In this document: positions 12,301 to 25,900 of the stretch, piece after piece
Numbering within the stretch: position 1 is the first letter of the stretch
Layout of the letters: each line of letters opens with the position of its first letter
NCBI GenBank assembly: GCA_964057225.1
Contig: OZ059899.1
Location: 18,352,001 to 18,416,000 of the forward strand
Length of the DNA stretch: 64,000 nt
Direction of reading: 5' to 3'
Source of the DNA: Auanema rhodensis
Lineage: Eukaryota > Animalia > Nematoda
Made by a program: the position numbers and the translations under genes
Notes under the pieces: model-generated
Databases searched by the model: none
Told to the model about the DNA's origin: nothing
Seen by the model: the letters and a program-made list of their open reading frames with translations, nothing else

Positions 12301-15300
12301 TTTTTGTATTGAGGGTTTCTCAATGTAGTATAGTGCATTCGATGCGGATTTTTAAGCTGCGTCGATCTGTGTTATCAGATTTGCGCTAGCTTAAAAATGA
12401 ACCGAGATATCAACTGATATAAGTTCACACTTATATCCTCGATTTTCACCCTGAAAAATTGATTTTTTCGTTGAATAACACTGTCCATCGTCTTTGCCTT
12501 GAAAAAAGGAATCTAAAAACATCTACTTTTTGTGAAATTATTTTGAAATTTTCAGGGAAAATTTTTGTCAAAATGTTTTTGGAAGCAATGTTGAGTGTAC
12601 ATGGAAACTCAACATACACTAATGCATCATTTTTCAAACGATCATGACTAATTTTTGTATTAAGCGTTTCTCAATGTTGTATAGTGCATTCGATGCGGAT
12701 TTTTAAGCTGCGTCGATCTGTGTTATCAGATTTGCGCTAGCTTAAAAATGCACCGAGATATCAACTGATATAAGTTCACACTTATATCCTCGATTTTCAC
12801 CCTGAAGAATTAATTTTTTTGTTGAATAACATTGTCCATCGTCTTCGCCTTGAAAAAAGGAATCTAAAAACATCTACTTTTCGTGAAATTATTTCGAAAT
12901 TTTTAGGTAAAATTTTTGTCAAAATGTTTTTGAAAGCAATGTTGAGTGTACATGGAAACTCAACATACACTAATGCATCATTTTTCAAACGATCATGACT
13001 AATTTTTGTATTGAGGGTTTCTCAATGTAGTATAGTGCATTCGATGCGGATTTTTAAGCTGCGTCGATCTGTGTTATCAGATTTGCGCTAGCTTAAAAAT
13101 GCACCGAGATATCAACTGATATAAGTTCACACTTATATCCTCGATTTTCACCCTGAAAAAATGATTTTTTAGTTGAATAACACTGTCCATCGTCTTTGCC
13201 TTGAAAAAAGGAATCTAAAAACATCTACTTTTTGTGAAATTATTTTGAAATTTTCAGGGAAAATTTTTGTCAAAATGTTTTTGGAAGCAATGTTGAGTGT
13301 ACATGGAAACTCAACATACACTAATGCATCATTTTTCAAACGATCATGACTAATTTTTGTATTAAGCGTTTCTCAATGTTGTATAGTGCACTCGATGCGG
13401 ATTTTTAAGCTGCGTCGATCTATGTTATCAGATTTGCGCTAGCTTAAAAATGCACCGAGATATCAACTGATATAAGTTCACACTTATAATCTCGATTTTC
13501 ACCCTGAAGAATTAATTTTTTTGTTGAATAACATTGTCCATCGTCTTCACCTTGAAAAAAGGAATCTAAAAACATCTACTTTTTGTAAAATTATTTCGAA
13601 ATTTTTAGGGAAAATTTTTGTCAAAATGTTTTTGGAAGCAATGTTGAGTGTACATGGAAACTCAACATACACTAATACATCATTTTTTAAACGATCATAA
13701 CTAATTTTTGTATTGAGGGTTTCTCAATGTAGTATAGTGCATTCGATGCGGATTTTTAAGCTGCGTCGATCTGTGTTATCAGATTTGCGCTAGCTTAAAA
13801 ATGCACCGAGATATCAACTGATATAAGTTCACACTTATATCCTCGATTTTCACCCTGAAGAATTAATTTTTTTGTTGAATAACATTGTCCATCGTCTTCG
13901 CCTTGAAAAAAGGAATCTAAAAACATCTACTTTTCGTGAAATTATTTCGAAATTTTTAGGTAAAATTTTTGTCAAAATGTTTTTGAAAGCAATGTTGAGT
14001 GTACATGGAAACTGAACATACACTAATGCATCATTTTTCAAACGATCATGACTAATTTTTGTATTGAGGGTTTCTCAATGTAGTATAGTGCATTCGATGC
14101 GGATTTTTAAGCTGCGTCGATCTGTGTTATCAGATTTGCGCTAGCTTAAAAATGCACCGAGATATCAACTGATATAAGTTCACACTTATATCCTCGATTT
14201 TCACCCTGAAGAATTGATTTTTTTGTTGAATAACATTGTCCATCGTCTTCGCCTTGAAAAAAGGAATCTAAAAACATCTACTTTTTGTGAAATTATTTTG
14301 AAATTTTTAGGGAAAATTTTTGTCAAAATGTTTTTGGAAGCAATGTTGAGTGTACATGGAAACTCAACATACACTAATACATCATTTTTTAAACGATCAT
14401 AACTAATTTTTGTATTGAGGGTTTCTCAATGTAGTATAGTGCATTCGATGCGGATTTTTAAGCTGCGTCGATCTGTGTTATCAGATTTGCGCTAGCTTAA
14501 AAAAGCACCGAGATATCAACTGATATAAGTTCACACTTATATCCTCGATTTTCACCCTGAAAAATTGATTTTTTCGTTGAATAACATTGTCCATCGTCTT
14601 TGCCTTGAAAAAAGGAATCTAAAAACATCTACTTTTTGTAAAATTATTTTGAAATTTTTAGGGAAAATTTTTGTCAAAATGTTTTTGAAAGCAATGTTGA
14701 GTGTACATGGAAACTCAACATACACTAATACATCATTTTCTAAACGATCATAACTAATTTTTGTATTGAGGGTTTCTCAATGTAGTATAGTGCATTCGAT
14801 GCGGATTTTTAAGCTGCGTCGATCTGTGTTATCAGATTTGCGCTAGCTTAAAAAAGCACCGAGATATCAACTGATATAAGTTCACACTTATATCCTCGAT
14901 TTTCACCCTGAAGAATTAATTTTTTTGTTGAATAACATTGTCCATCGTCTTCGCCTTGAAAAAAGGAATCTAAAAACATCTACTTTTTGTGAAATTATTT
15001 CGAAATTTTTAGGGAAAATTTTTGTCAAAATGTTTTTGGAAGCAATGTTGAGTGTACATGGAAACTCAACATACACTAATACATCATTTTTTAAACGATC
15101 ATAACTAATTTTTGTATTGAGGGTTTCTCAATGTAGTATAGTGCATTCGATGCGGATTTTTAAGCTGCGTCGATCTGTGTCATCAGATTTGCGCTAGCTT
15201 AAAAAAGCACCGAGATATCAACTGATATAAGTTCACACTTATATCTTCGATTTTCACCCTGAAGAATTAATTTTTTTGTTGAATAACATTGTCCATCGTC

Positions 15301-18300
15301 TTCGCCTTGAAAAAAGGAATCTAAAAACATCTACTTTTTGTGAAATTATTTCGAAATTTTTAGGGAAAATTTTTGTCAAAATGTTTTTGGAAGCAATGTT
15401 GAGTGTACATGGAAACTCAACATACACTAATACATCATTTTTTAAACGATCATAACTAATTTTTGTATTGAGGGTTTCTCAATGTAGTATAGTGCATTCG
15501 ATGCGGATTTTTAAGCTGCGTCGATCTGTGTTATCAGATTTGCGCTAGCTTAAAAATGCACCGAGATATCAACTGATATAAGTTCACACTTATATCCTCG
15601 ATTTTCACCCTGAAGAATTAATTTTTTTGTTGAATAACATTGTCCATCGTCTTCGCCTTAAAAAAAGGAATCTAAAAACATCTACTTTTCGTGAAATTAT
15701 TTCGAAATTTTTAGGTAAAATTTTTGTCAAAATGTTTTTGGAAGCAATGTTGAGTGTACATGGAAACTCAACATACACTAATGCATCATTTTTCAAACGA
15801 TCATGACTAATTTTTGTATTAAGCGTTTCTCAATGTTGTATAGTGCATTCGATGCGGATTTTTAAGCTGCGTCGATCTGTGTTATCAGATTTGCGCTAGC
15901 TTAAAAATGCACCGAGATATCAACTGATATAAGTTCACACTTATATCCTCGATTTTCACCCTGAAGAATTAATTTTTTTGTTGAATAACATTGTCCATCG
16001 TCTTCGCCTTGAAAAAAGGAATCTAAAAACATCTACTTTTTGTGAAATTATTTCGAAATTTTTAGGTAAAATTTTTGTCAAAATGTTTTTGAAAGCAATG
16101 TTGAGTGTACATGGAAACTCAACATACACTAATGCATCATTTTTCAAACGATCATGACTAATTTTTGTATTGAGGGTTTCTCAATGTAGTATAGTGCATT
16201 CGATGCGGATTTTTAAGCTGCGTCGATCTGTGTTATCAGATTTGCGCTAGCTTAAAAATGCACCGAGATATCAACTGATATAAGTTCACACTTATATCCT
16301 CGATTTTCACCCTGAAAAATTGATTTTTTAGTTGAATAACACTGTCCATCGTCTTTGCCTTGAAAAAAGGAATCTAAAAACATCTACTTTTTGTGGAATT
16401 ATTTTGAAATTTTCAGGGAAAATTTTTGTCAAAATGTTTTTGGAAGCAATGTTGAGTGTACATGGAAACTCAACATACACTAATGCATCATTTTTCAAAC
16501 GATCATGACTAATTTTTGTATTAAGCGTTTCTCAATGTTGTATAGTGCACTCGATGCGGATTTTTAAGCTGCGTCGATCTATGTTATCAGATTTGCGCTA
16601 GCTTAAAAATGCACCGAGATATCAACTGATATAAGTTCACACTTATAATCTCGATTTTCACCCTGAAGAATTAATTTTTTTGTTGAATAACATTGTCCAT
16701 CGTCTTCACCTTGAAAAAAGGAATCTAAAAACATCTACTTTTTGTAAAATTATTTCGAAATTTTTAGGGAAAATTTTTGTCAAAATGTTTTTGGAAGCAA
16801 TGTTGAGTGTACATGGAAACTCAACATACACTAATACATCATTTTTTAAACGATCATAACTAATTTTTGTATTGAGGGTTTCTCAATGTAGTATAGTGCA
16901 TTCGATGCGGATTTTTAAGCTGCGTCGATCTGTGTTATCAGATTTGCGCTAGCTTAAAAAAGCACCGAGATATCAACTGATATAAGTTCACACTTATATC
17001 TTCGATTTTCACCCTGAAGAATTAATTTTTTTGTTGAATAACATTGTCCATCGTCTTCGCCTTGAAAAAAGGAATCTAAAAACATCTACTTTTTGTGAAA
17101 TTATTTCGAAATTTTTAGGGAAAATTTTTGTCAAAATGTTTTTGGAAGCAATGTTGAGTGTACATGGAAACTCAACATACACTAATACATCATTTTTTAA
17201 ACGATCATAACTAATTTTTGTATTGAGGGTTTCTCAATGTAGTATAGTGCATTCGATGCGGATTTTTAAGCTGCGTCGATCTGTGTTATCAGATTTGCGC
17301 TAGCTTAAAAATGCACCGAGATATCAACTGATATAAGTTCACACTTATATCCTCGATTTTCACCCTGAAGAATTAATTTTTTTGTTGAATAACATTGTCC
17401 ATCGTCTTCGCCTTGAAAAAAGGAATCTAAAAACATCTACTTTTCGTGAAATTATTTCGAAATTTTTAGGTAAAATTTTTGTCAAAATGTTTTTGAAAGC
17501 AATGTTGAGTGTACATGGAAACTGAACATACACTAATGCATCATTTTTCAAACGATCATGACTAATTTTTGTATTGAGGGTTTCTCAATGTAGTATAGTG
17601 CATTCGATGCGGATTTTTAAGCTGCGTCGATCTGTGTTATCAGATTTGCGCTAGCTTAAAAATGCACCGAGATATCAACTGATATAAGTTCACACTTATA
17701 TCCTCGATTTTCACCCTGAAGAATTGATTTTTTTGTTGAATAACATTGTCCATCGTCTTCGCCTTGAAAAAAGGAATCTAAAAACATCTACTTTTTGTGA
17801 AATTATTTTGAAATTTTTAGGGAAAATTTTTGTCAAAATGTTTTTGGAAGCAATGTTGAGTGTACATGGAAACTCAACATACACTAATACATCATTTTTT
17901 AAACGATCATAACTAATTTTTGTATTGAGGGTTTCTCAATGTAGTATAGTGCATTCGATGCGGATTTTTAAGCTGCATCGATCTGTGTTATCAGATTTGC
18001 GCTAGCTTAAAAAAGCACCGAGATATCAACTGATATAAGTTCACACTTATATCCTCGATTTTCACCCTGAAGAATTGATTTTTTTGTTGAATAACATTGT
18101 CCATCGTCTTCGCCTTGAAAAAAGGAATCTAAAAACATCTACTTTTTGTGAAATTATTTCGAAATTTTTAGGGAAAATTTTTGTCAAAATGTTTTTGAAA
18201 GCAATGTTGAGTGTACATGGAAACTCAACATACACTAATACATCATTTTTCAAACGATCATGACTAATTTTTGTATTGAGCGTTTCTCAATGTAGTATAA

Positions 18301-19937
18301 TGCACTCGATGCGGAGTTTTAAGCTGCTTCGATCTGTGTTATCAGATTTGCGCTAGCTTAAAAATGCACCGAGATATCAACTGATATAAGTTCACACTTA
18401 TATCCTCGATTTTCACCCTGAAGAATTAATTTTTTCGTTGAATAACATTGTCCATCATCTTCGCCTTGAAATAGGGAATCTAAAAACGACTACTTTTTGT
18501 GAAATTATTTCGAAATTTTTAGGTAAAATTTTTGTCAAAATGTTTTTGAAAGCAATGTTGAGTGTACATGGAAACTCAACATACACTAATGCATCATTTT
18601 TCAAACGATCATGACTAATTTTTGTATTGAGCGTTTCTCAATGTAGTATAATGCACTCGATGCGGATTTTTAAGCTGCGTCGATCTGTGTTATCAGATTT
18701 GCACTAGCTTAAAAATGAACCGAGATATCAACTGATATAAGTTCACACTTATATCCTCGATTTTCACCCTGAAGAATTAATTTTTTCGTTGAGTAACATT
18801 GTCCATCATCTTCGCCTTGAAAAAAGGAATCTAAAAACAACTACTTTTTGTGAAATTATTTCGAAATTTTTAGGCAAAATTTTTGTCAAAATGTTTTTGA
18901 AAGCAATGTTGAGTGTACATGGAAACTCAACATACACTAATGCATCATTTTTCAAACGATCATGACTAATTTTTGTATTGAGCGTTTCTCAATGTAGTAT
19001 AATGCACTCGATGCGGAGTTTTAAGCTGCTTCGATCTGTGTTATCAGATTTGCGCTAGCTTAAAAATGCACCGAGATATCAACTGATATAAGTTCACACT
19101 TATATCCTCGATTTTCACCCTGAAGAATTAATTTTTTCGTTGAATAACAATGTCCATCATCTTCGCCTTGAAAAAAGGAACCTAAAAACATCTACTTTTT
19201 GTGAAATTATTTTGAAATTTTTAGGCAAAATTTTTGTCAAAATGTTTTTGAAAGCAATGTTGAGTGTACATGGAAACTCAACATACACTAATTCATCATT
19301 TTTCAAACGATCATAACTAATTTTTGTATTTGGCGTTTCTTAATGTAGTATAGTGCATTCGATGCGGATTTTTAAGCTGCGTCGATCTGTGTTATCAGAT
19401 TTGCGCTAGCTTAAAAATGCACCGAGATATCAACTGATATAAGTTCACACTTATATCCTCGATTTTCACCCTGAAGAATTGAATTTTTTGTTGAATAACA
19501 TTGTCCATCGTCTTCGCCTTGAAAAAAGGAACCTAAAAACATCTACTTTTTGTGAAATTATTTTGAAATTTTTAGGCAAAATTTTTGTCAAAATGTTTTT
19601 GAAAGCAATGTTGAGTGTACATGGAAACTCAACATACACTAATGCATCATTTTTCAAACGATCATAACTAATTTTTGTATTGAGCGTTTCTCAATGTAGT
19701 ATAGTGCATTCGATGCGGATTTTTAAGCTGCGTCGATCTGTGTTATCAGATTTGCGCTAGCTTAAAAATGCACCGAGATATCAACTGATATAAGTTCACA
19801 CTTATATCCTCGATTTTCACCCTGAAGAATTAATTTTTTCGTTGAATAACATTGTCCATCGTCTTCGCCTTGAAAAAAGGAATCTAAAAACATCTACTTT
19901 TTGTGAAATTATTTTGAAATTTTTAGGCAAAATTTTT

Positions 19938-22900
19938 TGCTCTAGCTTTAAGATTTTTGCTACTACATGCCCTGTGTTTACTGCTCTTCAATTTTTATGA
20001 GATTTTTCATCATCTTACAACAAATTCAATTGAATCTAACATGAAATATTTTTTCGTTTTGAAAAGCATTGAATATCATTGTTCCTTGTAATATTGGATT
20101 TGAATATTGCTTCGTTAGTTTTATGATTTTTGCTACTACATGTCATGTGTTTACTGCTCTAGCTGGTGTTCACTTTTTATGAGATTTTTCATCATCTTAC
20201 AACAAATTCAATTGAATCTAACATGAAATATTTTTTCGTTTTGAAAAGCATTGAATATCATTGTACCTTATAATATTGGATTTGATTATTGCTTTGTTAG
20301 CTTCATGATTTTTGCTACTGTATAGCTTCAGTTTGCTGCTCTAGCTGGTTTTCAATTTTTATGAGATTTTGCATCATCTTACAACAAATTCAATTAAATC
20401 TAACATGAAATGTTTTTTCGTTTTGAAAAGCATTGAATATCATTGTTCCTTATAATATTGGATTTGAATATTGCTTCGATAGTTTTATGATTTTTGCTAC
20501 TACATGTCATGTGTTTACTGCTCTAGCTGGTTTTCAATTTTTATGAGATTTTGCATCATCTTACAACAAATTCAATTAAATCTAACATGAAATGTTTTTT
20601 CGTTTTGAAAAGCATGGAATATCATTGTTCCTTATAATATTGGATTTGAATATTGCTTCGATAGTTTTATGATTTTTGCTACTACATGTCATGTGTTTAC
20701 TGCTCTAGCTGGTTTTCAATTTTTATGAGATTTTTCATCATCTTACAACAAATTCAATTGAATCTAACATGAGTTATTTTTTCGTTTTGAAAAGCATTGA
20801 ATATCATTGTTCCTTGTAATATTGGATTTGATTATTGCTTTGTTAGCTTTATGATTTTTGCTACTGTATAGCTTCAGTTTGCTGCTCTAGCTGGTTTTCA
20901 ATTTTTATGAGATTTTGCATCATCTTACAACAAATTCAATTAAATCTAACATGAAATATTTTTTCGTTTTGAAAAGCATTGAATATCATTGTTCCTTATA
21001 ATATTGGATTTGAATATTGCTTCGTTAGTTTTATGATTTTTGCTACTACATGTCATGTGTTTACTGCTCTAGCTGGATTAAAAGTTTTATGAGATTTTTC
21101 ATCATCTTACAACAAATTCAATTGAATCTAACATGAGTTATTTTTTCGTTTTGAAAAGCATTGAATATCATTGTTCCTTGTAATATTGGATTTGATTATT
21201 GCTTTGTTAGCTTTATGATTTTTGCTACTGTGTAGTTTCAGTTTGCTGCTCTAGCTGGTTTTCAATTTTTATGAGATATTTCATCATCTTACAACAAATT
21301 CAATTGAATCTAACATGAAATATTTTTTCGTTTTGAAAAGCATTGAATATCATTGTTCCTTGTAATATTGGATTTGATTATTGCTTTGTTAGCTTTATGA
21401 TTTTTGCTACTGTGTAGCTTCAGTTTGCTGCTCTAGCTGGTTTTCAATTTTTATGAGATATTTCATCATCTTACAACAAATTCAATTGAATCTAACATGA
21501 ATTTTTTTTTCGTTTTGAAAAGCATTGAATATCATTGTTCCTTGTAATATTGGATTTGAATATTGCTTCGTTAGTTTTATGATTTTTGCTACTATATGTC
21601 ATTTGTTTACTGCTCTAGCTGCTGTTCACTTTTTATGAGATTTTTCATCATCTTACAACAAATTCAATTGAATCTAACATGAAATATTTTTTCGTTTTGA
21701 AAAGCATTGAATATCATTGTTCCTTATAATATTGGATTTGAATATTGCTTCGTTAGTTTTATGATTTTTGCTACTACATGTCATGTGTTTACTGCTCTAG
21801 CTGGTTTTCAATTTTTATGAGATTTTTCATCATCTTACAACAAATTCAATTGAATCTAACATGAGTTATTTTTTCGTTTTGAAAAGCATTGAATATCATT
21901 GTTCCTTGTAATATTGGATTTGATTATTGCTTTGTTAGCTTTATGATTTTTGCTACTGTATAGCTTCAGTTTGCTGCTCTAGCTGGTTTTCAATTTTTAT
22001 GAGATTTTGCATCATCTTACAACAAATTCAATTAAATCTAACATGAAATATTTTTTCGTTTTGAAAAGCATTGAATATCATTGTTCCTTATAATATTGGA
22101 TTTGAATATTGCTTCGATAGTTTTATGATTTTTGCTACTACATGTCATGTGTTTACTGCTCTAGCTGGTTTTCAATTTTTATGAGATTTTTCATCATCTT
22201 ACAACAAATTCAATTGAATCTAACATGAGTTATTTTTTCGTTTTGAAAAGCATTGAATATCATTGTTCCTTGTAATATTGGATTTGATTATTGCTTTGTT
22301 AGCTTTATGATTTTTGCTACTGTGTAGCTTCAGTTTGCTGCTCTAGCTGGTTTTCAATTTTTATGAGATATTTCATCATCTTACAACAAATTCAATTGAA
22401 TCTAACATGAAATATTTTTTCGTTTTGAAAAGCATTGAATATCATTGTTCCTTGTAATATTGGATTTGAATATTGCTTTGTTAGCTTTAAGATGTTTGCT
22501 TATGCATAGCTTCAGTTTGCTGCTCTAGCTGGTTTTCAATTTTTATGAGATATTTCATCATCTTACAACAAATTCAATTGAATCTAACATGAAATATTTT
22601 TTCGTTTTGAAAAGCATTGAATATCATTGTTCCTTGTAATATTGGATTTGAATATTGCTTTGTTAGCTTTAAGATGTTTGCTTATGCATAGCTTCAGTTT
22701 GCTGCTCTAGCTGGTTTTCACTTTTTATGAGATTTTTCATCATCTTACAACAAATTCAATTGAATCTAGCATGAAATATTTTTTCGTTTTGAAAAGCATT
22801 GAATATCATTGTTCCTTGTAATATTGGATTTGAATATTGCTTTGTTAGCTTTATGATTTTTGCTACTGTATAGCTTCAGTTTGCTGCTCTAGCTGGTTTT

Positions 22901-25900
22901 CACTTTTTATGAGATTTTTCATCATCTTACAACAAATTCAATTGAATCTAACATGAAATATTTTTTCGTTTTGAAAAGCATTGAATATCATTGTACCTTG
23001 TAATATTGGATTTGATTATTGCTTTGTTAGCTTCATGATTTTTGCTACTGTATAGCTTCAGTTTGCTGCTCTAGCTGGTTTTCAATTTTTATGAGATTTT
23101 GCATCATCTTACAACAAATTCAATTAAATCTAACATGAAATATTTTTTCGTTTTGAAAAGCATTGAATATCATTGTTCCTTATAATATTGGATTTGAATA
23201 TTGCTTCGTTAGTTTTATGATGTTTGCTACTACATGTCATGTGTTTACTGCTCTAGCTGGATTAAAAGTTTTATGAGATTTTTCATCATCTTACAACAAA
23301 TTCAATTGAATCTAACATGAGTTATTTTTTCGTTTTGAAAAGCATTGAATATCATTGTTCCTTGTAATATTGGATTTGATTATTGCTTTGTTAGCTTTAT
23401 GATTTTTGCTACTGTGTAGTTTCAGTTTGCTGCTCTAGCTGGTTTTCAATTTTTATGAGATATTTCATCATCTTACAACAAATTCAATTGAATCTAACAT
23501 GAAATATTTTTTCGTTTTGAAAAGCATTGAATATCATTGTTCCTTGTAATATTGGATTTGATTATTGCTTTGTTAGCTTTATGATTTTTGCTACTGTGTA
23601 GCTTCAGTTTGCTGCTCTAGCTGGTTTTCAATTTTTATGAGATATTTCATCATCTTACAACAAATTCAATTGAATCTAACATGAATTTTTTTTTCGTTTT
23701 GAAAAGCATTGAATATCATTGTTCCTTGTAATATTGGATTTGAATATTGCTTTGTTAGCTTTAAGATTTTTGCTACTACATGCCCTGTGTTTACTGCTCT
23801 AGCTAGTTTTCAATTTTTATGAGATTTTTCATCATCTTACAACAAATTCATTTGAATCTAACATGAACTATTTTTTCGTTTCAAATAATAGTGAATATCA
23901 TTGTTTCTTGTAATATTGGATTTGAATATTGCTTTGTTTGCTTTAAGATTTTTGCTACTACATGCCCTGTGTTTACTGCTCTAGCTAGTTTTCAATTTTT
24001 ATGAGATTTTTCATCATCTTACAACAAATTCATTTGAATCTCATGTGAATTATTTTTTTTTTTAAAAAAGCATTGAATTTCATTGTTTCTTGTAATGATG
24101 GATTTGAATATTGCTTTGTTAGCTTTATGATTTTTGCTACTGTTTAGCTTCAGTTTGCTGCTCTAGCTGGTTTTCAATTTTTATGAGATTTTTCATCATC
24201 TTACAACAAATTCAATTGAATCTAACATGAATTATTTTTTCGTTTTGAAAAGCATTGAATATCATTGTTCCTTGTAATATTGGATTTGAATATTGCTTTG
24301 TTAGCTTTATGATGTTTGCTACTACATGTCATGTGTTTACTGCTCTAGCTGGATTAAAAGTTTTATGAGATTTTTCATCATCTTACAACAAATTCAATTG
24401 AATCTAACATGAAATATTTTTTCGTTTTGAAAAGCGTTGAATATCATTGTTCCTTGTAATATTGGATTTGATTATTGCTTTGTTAGCTTTATGATTTTTG
24501 CTACTGTGTAGTTTCAGTTTGCTGCTCTAGCTGGTTTTCAATTTTTATGAGATTTTGCATCATCTTACAACAAATTCAATTAAATCTAACATGAAATATT
24601 TTTTCGTTTTGAAAAGCATTGAATATCATTGTTCCTTATAATATTGGATTTGAATATTGCTTCGTTAGTTTTATGATGTTTGCTACTACATGTCATGTGT
24701 TTACTGCTCTAGCTGGATTAAAAGTTTTATGAGATTTTTCATCATCTTACAACAAATTCAATTGAATCTAACATGAAATATTTTTTCGTTTTGAAAAGCG
24801 TTGAATATCATTGTTCCTTGTAATATTGGATTTGAATATTGCTTTGTTAGCTTTAAGATGTTTGCTTATGCATAGCTTCAGTTTGCTGCTCTAGCTGGTT
24901 TTCAATTTTTATGAGATTTTTCATCATCTTACAACAAATTCAATTGAATCTAACATGAAATATTTTTTCGTTTTGAAAAGCATTGAATATCATTGTTCCT
25001 TGTAATGATGGATTTGAATATTGCTTCGTTAGTTTTATGATTTTTGCTACTGTGTCGCTTCAGTTTGCTGCTCTAGCTGGTTTTCAATTTTTATGAGATA
25101 TTTCATCATCTTACAACAAATTCAATTGAATCTAACATGAACTATTTTTTCGTTTCAAATAGTAGTGAATATCATTGTTTCTTGTAATATTGGATTTGAA
25201 TATTGCTTTGTTTGCTTTAAGATTTTTGCTACTACATGCCCTGTGTTTACTGCTCTAGCTAGTTTTCAATTTTTATGAGATTTTTCATCATCTTACAACA
25301 AATTCATTTGAATCTCATGTGAATTATTTTTTTTTTTAAAAAAGCATTGAATTTCATTGTTTCTTGTAATGATGGATTTGAATATTGCTTCGTTAGTTTT
25401 ATGATTTTTGCTACTGTATAGCTTCAGTTTGCTGCTCTAGCTGGTTTTCAATTTTTATGAGATTTTTCATCATCTTACAACAAATTCAATTGAATCTAAC
25501 ATGAAATATTTTTTCGTTTTGAAAAGCATTGAATATCTTTGTTCCTTGTAATATTGGATTTGAATATTGCTTTGTTAGCTTTAAGATTTTTGCTACTACA
25601 TGCCCTGTGTTTACTGCTCTAGCTAGTTTTCAATTTTTATGAGATTTTTCATCATCTTACAACAAATTCATTTGAATCTCATGTGAATTATTTTTTTTTT
25701 TAAAAAAGCATTGAATTTCATTGTTTCTTGTAATGATGGATTTGAATATTGCTTCGTTAGTTTTATGATTTTTGCTACTGTGTAGCTTCAGTTTGCTGCT
25801 CTAGCTGGTTTTCAATTTTTATGAGATATTTCATCATCTTACAACAAATTCAATTGAATCTAACATGAACTATTTTTTCGTTTCAAATAGTAGTGAATAT

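Larger units (their letters stand above)
1..19937 (+). repeat. Tandem satellite array, 351-bp monomer (SatA), left arm, ~56.8 copies; runs off the window start
   Basis: AACGATCAT recurs at 1, 352, ... 4213. ORF-track copies stay exactly in register (161 + 55x351 = 19466), so there are no net indels. The first monomer has 114/351 G+C by hand count. The array ends at monomer position ~281 (GGCAAAATTTTT). Strand label is arbitrary. Confidence 0.99.
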
